From assembly GCA_043101605.1 (NCBI GenBank), contig JBICIG010000060.1:5203-69202 (forward strand): a stretch of 64,000 bases of DNA, read 5' to 3'. The position numbers and the translations under genes are program-made. The notes below the pieces were generated by a model. That model made no database searches, had not been told where the DNA came from, and saw only the letters and a list, made by a program, of their open reading frames with translations. Below, one piece after another: positions 1-8,661 of this stretch. This DNA comes from Phycisphaerales bacterium JB037 (GTDB lineage Bacteria; Planctomycetota; Phycisphaerae; Phycisphaerales; UBA1924). Position 1 is the first letter of the stretch, and each line of letters begins with the position of its first letter.

Positions 1-515
1 TCCAAGCCGCGAGCGTCCCGGAGAATCAGGATCGCCCGTTGTTCGGGGCTGAGTCGCCCCAGAGCCTCCGCCAGCCGTTGCTGGCGGTCCTTGTCTTCGA
101 CGCCCGACGCGGCCGAGGGTTCCCGGCTCTGCTCGAACGGCTCGCCGAAGCGGTCGCCCCCGGGCCGCTCGCGCATCCCGTCGATGCTCGCGTGCCTTCG
201 CAGCTTCTCGGACCGGAGCTTGCTGAGGCAGACATTCATGGTCACCCGGATCATCCAGGTGCTGAGTTTCGAGCGGCCGTCGTAGGTTTCGAGCCCCTGG
301 ATGATCTTGACCATCGCGTCCTGGGTCAGGTCGGCCGCCAGTTCGCGGTGGTGGACCATCCGGAAGCAGACCGCGTGCAGCCGATCCTGGTAGCCCTCGA
401 GCAGTTCGGCCCACGCGTCCGGGTCGCCGCGGCGGATCCGCGCGACGAGTTCCAGCTCGCGTGCGTCGTCGGCGTCGCGCTGCTCGGGCGTGCGGGATGA
501 GCGGTTGGTGGCCAT
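1..515 (-). CDS. ECF-type RNA polymerase sigma-70 factor, partial (C-terminal part runs off the left window edge)
   Basis: Absent from the ORF track because it has no stop codon inside the window. The reverse-strand ATG at 515..513 translates to MATNRSSRTPEQRDADDARELELVARIRRGDPDAWAELLEGYQDRLHAVCFRMVHHRELAADLTQDAMVKIIQGLETYDGRSKLSTWMIRVTMNVCLSKLR...LSPEQRAILILRDARGL. This is sigma-70 region 2 plus the start of region 4. Confidence 0.8.
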   Translation of the reverse strand, partial: MATNRSSRTPEQRDADDARELELVARIRRGDPDAWAELLEGYQDRLHAVCFRMVHHRELAADLTQDAMVKIIQGLETYDGRSKLSTWMIRVTMNVCLSKLRSEKLRRHASIDGMRERPGGDRFGEPFEQSREPSAASGVEDKDRQQRLAEALGRLSPEQRAILILRDARGL

Positions 516-700
516 GGAATCGTCGCCGCCGCGTGCCCGGCGGGAGGGGCGGAGGTCGGTCCGGGAGTGCTCGAAGAGCCGGCGGTGTCCGGCGAGGGCT
601 GCCGATCCATCCTATCGGCACGGGTGCGGCCCGCCGGTCGGCTCCCGGGACCCCGCCGTGCCCGCGGCGGTCGGTCCCCGTCATTCCCTACGCTAGAAAC

Positions 701-2245
701 ATGACCAACGGTTCCGATTCCGGCGTCCACCCCCCGAATCCTCACGACAGCCCCCACGACACCTACACCAGCCCTCTCGCGGCGCGGAACGCCTCGCCCG
801 AGATGCTGCGGCTGTGGTCGCACAGGCACAAGTTCAACACCTGGCGCCGCATCTGGCTCGCTGTCGCCGAGGCTCAGCAGGCCTGCGGGCTCGACATCTC
901 CGACGAGCAGATATCGGAACTCAAAGCCGTCGTCGAACGCGGCATCACCGACGAGGAACTCGCCCGAGCGAGCGAACTTGAACGCGAACTCCGCCACGAT
1001 GTGATGGCCCACGTGCACTGCCTCGGCGAGCAGTGCCCGAAGGCGAAGCCGATCATTCATCTGGGGTGTACGAGTCAGGATGTGGTGTGCAATGCGGACG
1101 CCGCCGTCATCACCGATGCGCTGCGGCACATCTGCGGCAAGCTTTGTCGATGCATCGTGTCCTTGGCAACTTTCGCGCAGGATCGGAAGTCGATTCCCAC
1201 ACTCGGCTTCACGCACTATCAATCCGCGCAGCCGGTGACAGTCGGCCGCCGCGCCGCGATGTGGAGCTACGACCTCTCGCTCTGCATCGAACGCCTGCGC
1301 CGGGAGACATGGGTGCTCAAGCCGCGCGGGATGAAAGGCGCCACGGGAACACAGGCGTCGTTCCTGACGCTCTTTGGCAGCGACTCCAAGACCGACAAGT
1401 TCGAAGCCGAGTTCATGTCACGCTTCGCCCGGTTCACGGGACGGCATGCTGGCAGTCGCCCGAAACTCGGCGATGTGCTCAACCACTCCATCACCGGGCA
1501 GACCTATCCGCGCGCCGAAGACGCGTTCCTGATCTCCGACCTCGCTTCGACCGCCGCCGTCCTCCACAAAATCGCCACCGACATCCGCCTCCTCTCCAAC
1601 CGCAAGGAAATCGACGAGCCCTTCGGCAGCTCCCAGATCGGCTCGTCCGCCATGCCCTACAAGCGCAATCCCATGCGCTGCGAGCGCATCTGCGGCCTGA
1701 CGCGCTTCGTCATGAACCTCGTCGGCAACGCCTACGACACCGCCGCGACGCAGTGGCTCGAACGCACGCTCGATGACTCGTCCAACCGCCGCCTGTCGCT
1801 GCCCGAGGCTTTCCTCGCCCTCGACGGCGCGCTCGACCTCATGCACAACGTTGCCAGCGGCCTGATTGTCAACGAGGCGATGGTCCGCCGGAACCTCATG
1901 GCCGAGCTCCCCTTCCTCGCGACCGAGAACATCCTGATGGAAGCGGTCAAGCGGGGAGGCGATCGCCAGGACCTCCACGAGCGCATCCGCGTCCATTCCA
2001 TGGAAGCCGGCCGCCGCGTCAAGCAGGAAGGGCTCGACAACGATCTCATCGAACGCCTCCGCAACGACCCCGCGTTCGAGAGCGTCCACCACCTGCTCAC
2101 CGAGGACCAACTCCTCGACCCGATGAAGTACATCGGGCGCAGCGTCGAGCAGACCGAGCGCTTCGTGCGGGAAGTGATCGAACCTCTGCGCGAGCAGTAC
2201 GCCGACGAACTGAAACAACTCGGCGACTCCGAGCCGCGGGTCTGA
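701..2245 (+). CDS. purB: adenylosuccinate lyase
   Basis: In-frame ATG at 701 within ORF 461..2245. The upstream 80 codons are Arg-rich shadow sequence. Fumarate-lyase signature SSAMPYKRNP is present. The N-terminus YTSPLAARNASPEMLRLWS..KFNTWRRIWLAVAEAQ is typical of PurB. Confidence 0.95.
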   Translation: MTNGSDSGVHPPNPHDSPHDTYTSPLAARNASPEMLRLWSHRHKFNTWRRIWLAVAEAQQACGLDISDEQISELKAVVERGITDEELARASELERELRHDVMAHVHCLGEQCPKAKPIIHLGCTSQDVVCNADAAVITDALRHICGKLCRCIVSLATFAQDRKSIPTLGFTHYQSAQPVTVGRRAAMWSYDLSLCIERLRRETWVLKPRGMKGATGTQASFLTLFGSDSKTDKFEAEFMSRFARFTGRHAGSRPKLGDVLNHSITGQTYPRAEDAFLISDLASTAAVLHKIATDIRLLSNRKEIDEPFGSSQIGSSAMPYKRNPMRCERICGLTRFVMNLVGNAYDTAATQWLERTLDDSSNRRLSLPEAFLALDGALDLMHNVASGLIVNEAMVRRNLMAELPFLATENILMEAVKRGGDRQDLHERIRVHSMEAGRRVKQEGLDNDLIERLRNDPAFESVHHLLTEDQLLDPMKYIGRSVEQTERFVREVIEPLREQYADELKQLGDSEPRV

Positions 2246-2268
2246 CCGGATCAAGACGGAGAAAGACC

Positions 2269-2379
2269 CACCACGGAGGCACGCAGTTCACGGAGCCGGG
2301 CACCGAGCAAAGTGAGTGGACTCAGAGGCCCTCTCTTCACCCTTGGTGCCCCCTCCGTGCCCTCCGTGTCTCCGTGGTG
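2269..2379. repeat. about 110-nt imperfect palindrome built from CACGGAG / CTCCGTG copies
   Basis: CACCACGGAG at 2269..2278 is the perfect reverse complement of CTCCGTGGTG at 2370..2379. CACGGAG occurs at 2272 and 2289, with a degenerate copy at 2301. CTCCGTG occurs at 2353, 2362 and 2370. Confidence 0.6.
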
Positions 2380-2417
2380 TACCCCCTTCGGTACCCTGCT
2401 CCGCTGAGGAGGTCCCC

Positions 2418-3803
2418 ATGAACCGCCGCGACGCGCTCAAGATCGTCTCCGCCGGAGCCGCCACCCCCGCCGCCTGGCGCATGATCCACGCGGGCGATGC
2501 CCGCGCCGCGTCAACGATCCCAACACCATCACACGCCCAACCCGGCGACCTGCCCACACCCCTGCCCCGCGTCGCGCGCTTCGAATCCCTCGCCTTCGGC
2601 ATGTTTCTGCACTGGGGGCTCTACGCGCAGATCGGCAAGGGCGAATGGGCGATGCACAACTTCCGCATCCCGCGCGACGAGTACATGAAGCTCATGGACT
2701 CGTTCACCGCCGCCGACTTCAACGGCCGCGCCATCGCACGCACCTGCAAGTCCGCCGGCATGCGCTACGCCACCCTCACCAGCCGCCACCACGACGGGTT
2801 CAGCCTCTACGACACCCGCGGGCTCTCTCGCTTCGATGTCACCCACACGCCCGCCAACCGCGACCTTGTCCTCGATTTCTGCGAGGGCTGCCGCGCCGAG
2901 GGCATCCTGCCGATGCTCTACTGCACGACCCTCGACTGGTCCGACGACCGCTTCAACGACGACTTCGACGCGTACCTCCAGTACCTGCGCGCCGCGATCG
3001 AGCTCCTCTGCACACGCTACGGCACCATGGGCGGATTCTGGTTCGACGGCAACTGGTCGCGCCCCAACGCCGACTGGCAGGAAGACAAGCTCTACGCCGT
3101 CATCCGGAAGCACCAGCCCGAGGCGATGATCATCAACAATGTCGGCATGGGCAACGAGGGCGCGCTCGGTCATCCCGAGATCGACGCGACCACCTTCGAG
3201 CAGTCCGAGCCGCACCCCCTCGACCGCCGCGGCTGGCCCAAGCATGTCGCCGGCGAGATGTGCCGAACCTTCAATCGCCACTGGGGCATCGGCGCGCACG
3301 ACTTCAACCTCTTCAGCCCCGCGCAGATCATCGAACTGCTCGCCGTCTGCCGAGGTGCCGGCGCGAACCTGCTCCTCAATGTCGGCCCGACCGCCGAAGG
3401 CAAACTCCCCGACTACGAACGCGCCGCCCTCGCCCGCGTCGGCGACTGGGTCCGGCTCCACGGCGGCGACGCCTGCTCGATCTACGACGCCCGCCCCTGC
3501 GGCATCGCCGGCGAGGGCCGCGACTTCGGCCTCGCGTCGGAGCCTCTCGACCGCGCCGAGTCCCTCGACCTCTTTGTCTATTCGCTCACCCCGACCGCTG
3601 AACGCTGGCCCGAGGAAGGCCCGCGCGGCCCCGGGCCGCGCACCTTCGCCGGCATCCCCGAACGCTTCACCCGCGCCCGCTGGCTCGACAACGACGAAGC
3701 CCTCAAGCTCGAACGCAAGCCCGATGGCTCGCTGGTCGTTCACACGACCGGCTATCCCTACGGCAGCGACATCGTTGTCCGCATCGCACGGCTCGAAGCC
3801 TGA
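2418..3803 (+). CDS. alpha-L-fucosidase (GH29) with Tat-type signal
   Basis: ATG at 2418 is preceded by GAGGAGG. N-terminus MNRRDALKIVSAGAATPAAW is Tat-like. The block FGMFLHWGLYAQ..GEWAM...YATLTSRHHDGFSLYDT is characteristic of GH29. Confidence 0.9.
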   Translation: MNRRDALKIVSAGAATPAAWRMIHAGDARAASTIPTPSHAQPGDLPTPLPRVARFESLAFGMFLHWGLYAQIGKGEWAMHNFRIPRDEYMKLMDSFTAADFNGRAIARTCKSAGMRYATLTSRHHDGFSLYDTRGLSRFDVTHTPANRDLVLDFCEGCRAEGILPMLYCTTLDWSDDRFNDDFDAYLQYLRAAIELLCTRYGTMGGFWFDGNWSRPNADWQEDKLYAVIRKHQPEAMIINNVGMGNEGALGHPEIDATTFEQSEPHPLDRRGWPKHVAGEMCRTFNRHWGIGAHDFNLFSPAQIIELLAVCRGAGANLLLNVGPTAEGKLPDYERAALARVGDWVRLHGGDACSIYDARPCGIAGEGRDFGLASEPLDRAESLDLFVYSLTPTAERWPEEGPRGPGPRTFAGIPERFTRARWLDNDEALKLERKPDGSLVVHTTGYPYGSDIVVRIARLEA

Positions 3804-3838
3804 ACGGTCTTGCCGGAACAGCGCGACCCGTACCGGGT

Positions 3839-4315
3839 TCAATCCGTGTCATCGTCGCCGCCGTTCTTGTCCGGCAGGATGTCGCCTTTCAATGCCGTCA
3901 CCGCGATCAGCGTCACCAGCACAAAGCCGGTGAGCACCAGCGCGAGCCGGTAGATCCCCAGCCCGCAGGCGATGCCGATGCATGCGGCCGCCCAGATGGT
4001 CGCCGCGGTCGTCAAGCCGCGCACCGATCCCCGGCTCTGGATGATCGACCCCGCGCCGAGGAACCCGATCCCGCCGATGATGCCGCTGATCACGCGCAGC
4101 GGATCGAGCTGGATCTCCTCGTTCGCACCCGCCAGCGCGACGACTTCGACCACCGCCATCATCGCGCCCGCCGAGCCGAGCGCGACCAGCATCATCGTCC
4201 GCAGGCCCGCGGCTTTGTTGCGCAGCTCGCGGTTCCACCCGATCGCGCCGCCCAGCACGCTCGCCAGCGCCCCGCGCAGCACCATCTCCATCGTGGAGAG
4301 TTCCTCGAACATCAT
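3839..4315 (-). CDS. MgtC/SapB family membrane protein
   Basis: 158-aa ORF. Contains GAIGWNRELRNKAAGLRTMMLVALGSA and GIGFLGAGSI..RGSVRGLTTAATIWAAACIG, typical of the MgtC family. Confidence 0.85.
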   Translation of the reverse strand: MMFEELSTMEMVLRGALASVLGGAIGWNRELRNKAAGLRTMMLVALGSAGAMMAVVEVVALAGANEEIQLDPLRVISGIIGGIGFLGAGSIIQSRGSVRGLTTAATIWAAACIGIACGLGIYRLALVLTGFVLVTLIAVTALKGDILPDKNGGDDDTD

Positions 4316-4321
4316 CGCAGT

Positions 4322-4912
4322 CTACGGCGGATCGAGCCCCGCCTCGCCCGCGTCGCTCCCGTTGTCATCGCGCTTGAGATGCAGCAGCCACGGGCCCCAC
4401 ATCGTGACCGCGACGAACGCGAAGAGCACCAGCGCGATCGCGTACGACCCGACGCCGCACGCCGCCCCGAGCGCCGCGACCGCCCAGATCGCCGCCGCCG
4501 TCGTCAGCCCGCGCACCGATTTCTTGGAGTGGAGGATCGCGCCCGCGCCGAGGAACCCGACGCCGGTGATGATGTACGACAGCACGCGTGTGGAGTCGGT
4601 CCGGATGGTGTCGTTGACCGGGGCGTGCATCATCAGGTCCTGGCCCATCAGCGCGAACGCCGCCGCCCCCACCGCGATCAGGATCATCGTCCGGGCGTCG
4701 GCCGGCTTGTCGGCGATGGACCGCTCGACCCCGATGATCGCGCCCATCAGCCCGGCCAGCCCCAGCCGCAGCGCCACCTGTCCGAGGGGCACCCGCTCGC
4801 CGAGCCCCATCTCGGTTGCCGCCGCCAGCACCCTGCCCATCAGGTCGAGGTCGATCGCCACGCCTCCTTGAGCCCTTCGGCTCCGCACCATTCCGCACTC
4901 GCCCATCCCCAA
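4322..4912 (-). CDS. MgtC/SapB family membrane protein (tandem paralog)
   Basis: Contains GAIIGVERSIADKPADARTMILIAVGAA and GVGFLGAGAILHSKKSVRGLTTAAAIWAVAALGAACG. The true start may be an internal Met downstream of 4912. Confidence 0.8.
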   Translation of the reverse strand: MGMGECGMVRSRRAQGGVAIDLDLMGRVLAAATEMGLGERVPLGQVALRLGLAGLMGAIIGVERSIADKPADARTMILIAVGAAAFALMGQDLMMHAPVNDTIRTDSTRVLSYIITGVGFLGAGAILHSKKSVRGLTTAAAIWAVAALGAACGVGSYAIALVLFAFVAVTMWGPWLLHLKRDDNGSDAGEAGLDPP

Positions 4913-5242
4913 CCAGACATCGTAGCAATTGTTAAGGAATCGTGAAGGATGCCGGGATTTTCCCCGGGGATCAGCCCGGGTACCGCGCCCACCCTCCGGG
5001 CCCGACGGCTTCCCCGGGTTCGGCGCGACCGGGTTGACTCACTCCGCCGCTTCGCGGATGCTCTCGGACCCCCGAGGGATCTTTCGCGGCGGTCGCCGCG
5101 TACCTATCCTCCGGGCGATCCCCCCGCGGCTCGGGCGCCGCGGGAGCCTCGCGGCCGGGCGTCGCGGGGTGCAACAAGCAAGACTCGGTTTGGAAGCGGG
5201 TCCGGCCCCTCCGCGGGGCACGGATCGCGGGAGTGTCTGCTC

Positions 5243-6583
5243 ATGGCATCTCGAGGCGGCGGCGGCGGCGTGTGGATCGCGACGGTCATCCTGGGTCTGA
5301 CGACCCTGGTCTTCCTCGTCTTCACCCTCATGTTCTACGGGCAGGTCAACTCTCTCAAGGCGGACGCCCAGACCGCCCAGAGCGACCTTCAGGAGTTCGT
5401 CGGCAACCAGCGCGAGGACGCCCTGACCTGGGTCCGCGGGAACCAGAGCGCGTACGCCGTCCTCAGCGGGCAGCTCCAGGAAACCATGCGGATGGTCAGC
5501 GGCAACGAGGCGCTCACCGCCGACAACCTCGCCTCCCGCATCAGCGAGATCGGCATCGAGTCCGGCACGCCCCTGCTCCGCGCCGTCTCCTCGCTGAAGG
5601 CCGAGAACACCCGCCTGCAGAGCGAGCTCGGCATTCTCCAGCAGACGATCGCCTCCAAGGAGCAGGAGATCGCCAAGCACGAGAAGTCCGCGCAGGAAGC
5701 CGCCCGCGTCTTCAGCGAGGCCCAGCGCAACAACCGCTCCACCGTCGACACCTACTCCGACGATGTCACCGAGACCGTCGCGAGCCTGCAGGAGCTCGAG
5801 CAGGACCTGCGCGACCGCGTCGAGGACATCCGCGCCGATGCCGAGGCCGACAAGGCCCGCCTCGAGGCCGAGATCACCCGTCTGGGCAACGAGAACCTCG
5901 TGCTCCAGGGGCAGATCCAGCAGCTCCGCCGTGAACGCCGCACCGACCTCGTCCGCCCCAAGGATGAGTTCGCCCTCGTCGACGCCCGCATCATCGGCAT
6001 CGCCGGCGCCGAGAAGACGGTCACCATCGACCGCGGCCGGCGCGACAAGATCGTCCTCGGGCTCAGCTTCGCCGTCTACTCCGACGCGACCGCCCTCCGC
6101 CCCGACGCCGAGGGCAACTATCCGCCCGGCAAGGCCGTCATCGAGGTCATCAATGTCGGCGAGACCAGCTCGACCGCCCGCATCCTCACCGAGACCCAGG
6201 GCAACCCCGTCGTCCGCGGCGATGTCATCGCCAACGCCATCTACGACCCCAACAAGGTCTACACCTTCCTCGTCTTCGGCAACTTCGACACCGACGGCGA
6301 CGGGCGGGCCACCCCCTTCGAGCGCGACGGCATCGAGGCCCTCATCCGCGACTGGAACGGTCGCGTCGTCAACGAGCTCACCGGCGATGTCGACATGCTC
6401 GTCCTCGGCGAGCGCCCGCTCCTCCCGCCGCGCCCCTCGGGCGAGGCCCCCGTCGAGCAGCTCCAGGAGTGGATCCGCCTGAGCCAGATCGTCAACCGCT
6501 ACGACGAGCTCCAGGCCCGCGCCGAGGCGACCTCCATCCCCATCCTCAACCAGAACCGCCTCAAGACGCTCATCGGCCGCTGA
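5243..6583 (+). CDS. membrane-anchored coiled-coil protein with possible BRCT-like C-terminal domain
   Basis: In-frame ATG at 5243 (MASRGGGGGVWIATVILGLTTLVFLVFTLMFYG) gives one TM helix. A long heptad-like region rich in Q/E/L/R follows. The C-terminal FLVFGNFD...IEALIRDWNGRVVNELTGDVDMLVLGE looks BRCT-like by eye. Confidence 0.6.
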   Translation: MASRGGGGGVWIATVILGLTTLVFLVFTLMFYGQVNSLKADAQTAQSDLQEFVGNQREDALTWVRGNQSAYAVLSGQLQETMRMVSGNEALTADNLASRISEIGIESGTPLLRAVSSLKAENTRLQSELGILQQTIASKEQEIAKHEKSAQEAARVFSEAQRNNRSTVDTYSDDVTETVASLQELEQDLRDRVEDIRADAEADKARLEAEITRLGNENLVLQGQIQQLRRERRTDLVRPKDEFALVDARIIGIAGAEKTVTIDRGRRDKIVLGLSFAVYSDATALRPDAEGNYPPGKAVIEVINVGETSSTARILTETQGNPVVRGDVIANAIYDPNKVYTFLVFGNFDTDGDGRATPFERDGIEALIRDWNGRVVNELTGDVDMLVLGERPLLPPRPSGEAPVEQLQEWIRLSQIVNRYDELQARAEATSIPILNQNRLKTLIGR

Positions 6584-6618
6584 CCGATCGCCGACGACAA
6601 CGCATGAAAGCTTCAGCA

Positions 6619-6645
6619 ACGCCGGGCACCCGCCCGGCGTTTTTC
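6619..6645 (+). terminator. rho-independent terminator
   Basis: ACGCCGGGC-accc-GCCCGGCGT is followed by TTTTCC, 36 nt after the stop at 6583. Confidence 0.75.
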
Positions 6646-6664
6646 CTGCGCCGGCTTTCGCTCG

Positions 6665-7732
6665 CTACAGCCCCGCGCTCTCACCCTGATCGGCCACGCT
6701 CATCCCCGCCGCCCGCACGCGGTCGCGCGCGGCACCCGCCTCGTGCGCCGGGTTCGTGTGGTTGAGGTGGATGAACCGGATCTTCGCCCGCTCGCTCGCC
6801 GACAGCGACGCGAATCGCTCAAGGCTGTGCGCGATGAAAGGGTGCGGGAAGCCCGACATGTCCCGCCCCGGGATCTCGCCGTCGGCGAAGAATGTCCCGT
6901 CGAGATACGCGACATCCACCCCCGCGATCAGGTCCTCGATCGGACGCCCCCAGTCATCGAGTTCATCCCACGAATCGATGTCCGGGATGAACAGCACCGA
7001 CCGCGTCGGGCCTTCCACCCGGAACCCCACGACCTCCGAGTACTCCTGGCGGTGCGGCACGAGGATCGGCACCACCCGCACGCGCCCGTTGAGCGCCACC
7101 CCCACGCCGTCCTCCAGCTCGCGCAGCTCGATGTTCTCGTAGCGCACGAGCTGATCCCAGGGCCCGTTGCCCCGCAGAAACTCGGCCATCCGCGGCATCG
7201 CGTAGACCGGCACCTTGTCCGCGCCCATCGACTCGTGCCCCAGGAACATCAACCCGGTGTAGTGCCCGATGTGCGCGTGCGTCAGCAGCACGCCCGACAA
7301 CGCCGCCTCCCCGCCCGATGCGGGGTCGCCGGCCGGTCGCCCCCGCCTGGCCGCCCGATCCAGCATCGTCAACTGCTCGCGGAAGTCCGGCGTCGCGTCG
7401 ATCATCCACCGCTCGCCCGTCGCCGGGTCGACGATCCCCAGCGACGCGACCAGCCGACGACGCCCCGGGTCCTGCCATCGCGGATCGTCGAACCGCCCCG
7501 CCTGAGGCGTCCCGCCGTCCTGACTCGTCCCCAGCACGATCACGAACGGGCCGAGCATCGCGGCTTGCGAGCGCACGCCGCGCGACGAATCCGCCGGCCC
7601 CTCAGCCGTCGCCGCGCACCCGCCCGCGAGCGCCGCGAGCGTCGCGATTGCGGCCGCCCCGACTCCTGCAACCCGCCCGAGCCCCGATCGCCGATCCCGC
7701 CCGCGTCGCCGCCCGTGTCCTGGTGTGCGCAT
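6665..7732 (-). CDS. secreted MBL-fold metallo-hydrolase, PqqB-like
   Basis: Start at Met31 of ORF 6665..7822 (MRTPGHGRRRGRDRRSGLGRVAG..LAGGCAA, signal-like). Contains LGTSQDGGTPQ, LLTHAHIGHYTGL and IHLNHTNP, as in the PqqB / beta-lactamase fold. Confidence 0.8.
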   Translation of the reverse strand: MRTPGHGRRRGRDRRSGLGRVAGVGAAAIATLAALAGGCAATAEGPADSSRGVRSQAAMLGPFVIVLGTSQDGGTPQAGRFDDPRWQDPGRRRLVASLGIVDPATGERWMIDATPDFREQLTMLDRAARRGRPAGDPASGGEAALSGVLLTHAHIGHYTGLMFLGHESMGADKVPVYAMPRMAEFLRGNGPWDQLVRYENIELRELEDGVGVALNGRVRVVPILVPHRQEYSEVVGFRVEGPTRSVLFIPDIDSWDELDDWGRPIEDLIAGVDVAYLDGTFFADGEIPGRDMSGFPHPFIAHSLERFASLSASERAKIRFIHLNHTNPAHEAGAARDRVRAAGMSVADQGESAGL

Positions 7733-7754
7733 GCGCGCAAGGTACCATCCCCCG

Positions 7755-8633
7755 ATGACACCGCTCCCGCTCGCGCTCGCTCTGCTCCTGCTCTTGGGGC
7801 TCCCCGCCCCCCGCGCGCACACGATCCAGCCCCCGCCAGATCACAGCACCCCCGCGATCGACCATGCTCCCGCCGCCGAGCCTCCCGCCGAGCCGTTTGA
7901 CCCCGACCGCTTCCTCACCACGCAGCTCGGCGACCTCCCCATCATCCTCAGCGCCCCGCACGGCGGAACCGTGCGCGTCCCGGGATCGAGCGACCGCACC
8001 TCGGGCGTCACCGTCCGCGACCTGCACACCGCCGAGATCGCCCTGCTGACCTACCAGCGGCTCATCCACCGCCTCGGCCGCGAGCCCTCGCTGGTCGTCG
8101 CCCAGTTCTCGCGCAAGGACGCCGACGCGAACCGCGACGCGTCTGAAGCCTACGAGAACGACGCCGCGCAGCGAGTCTACGACGCCTACCACGCCGCCCT
8201 CGACCGCGCCGTGCGCGACAGCGTCGATCGCTTCGGCATCGCGATCGTCATCGATATCCACGGGCAGTCCAGCCACCGCGATTCGATCGTCCGCGGCACC
8301 CGCTCCGGGCGTACCACCGACGACCTCATCGCCCGCTTCGGCATCGACGCCGTCGCCGGCCCGAACAGCCTCTTCGGCGAACTCAAGAGCCGCGGCTACC
8401 CCGTCATCCCCGACCCCGAGCCGGGCGAACTCGGGCGTGAGACCTTCCTCAACGGCGGGTACATCGTCGCCCACTTCGGCACCGCGATCCCCGGCGCCGA
8501 CGCGATCCAGGTCGAACTCGGGGCCGACCACCGGCGCGACCAGACCAAGATGGCCCGCGACCTGGCCGACTCGATCGCCGACTTCGCCGAGCGGTACCTG
8601 CTCGAAGCGCCTCCCCTGAGCGACCGGCCCTGA
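7755..8633 (+). CDS. N-formylglutamate amidohydrolase family protein (secreted)
   Basis: Met11 of ORF 7725..8633 gives the signal peptide MTPLPLALALLLLLGLPAPRAHT. Contains LSAPHGG, SRKDADANRD and VIDIHGQS, matching the FGase family pattern. Confidence 0.7.
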   Translation: MTPLPLALALLLLLGLPAPRAHTIQPPPDHSTPAIDHAPAAEPPAEPFDPDRFLTTQLGDLPIILSAPHGGTVRVPGSSDRTSGVTVRDLHTAEIALLTYQRLIHRLGREPSLVVAQFSRKDADANRDASEAYENDAAQRVYDAYHAALDRAVRDSVDRFGIAIVIDIHGQSSHRDSIVRGTRSGRTTDDLIARFGIDAVAGPNSLFGELKSRGYPVIPDPEPGELGRETFLNGGYIVAHFGTAIPGADAIQVELGADHRRDQTKMARDLADSIADFAERYLLEAPPLSDRP

Positions 8634-8661
8634 CGATGCGCCCCCCTCCTACCATCGCCCC

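Noticed and set aside
326-1222. 298-aa minus-strand ORF overlapping purB and the sigma-factor gene
   Set aside because: It is an out-of-frame shadow ORF. The real minus-strand gene at the left edge is the ECF sigma factor in a different frame, and purB occupies the + strand.
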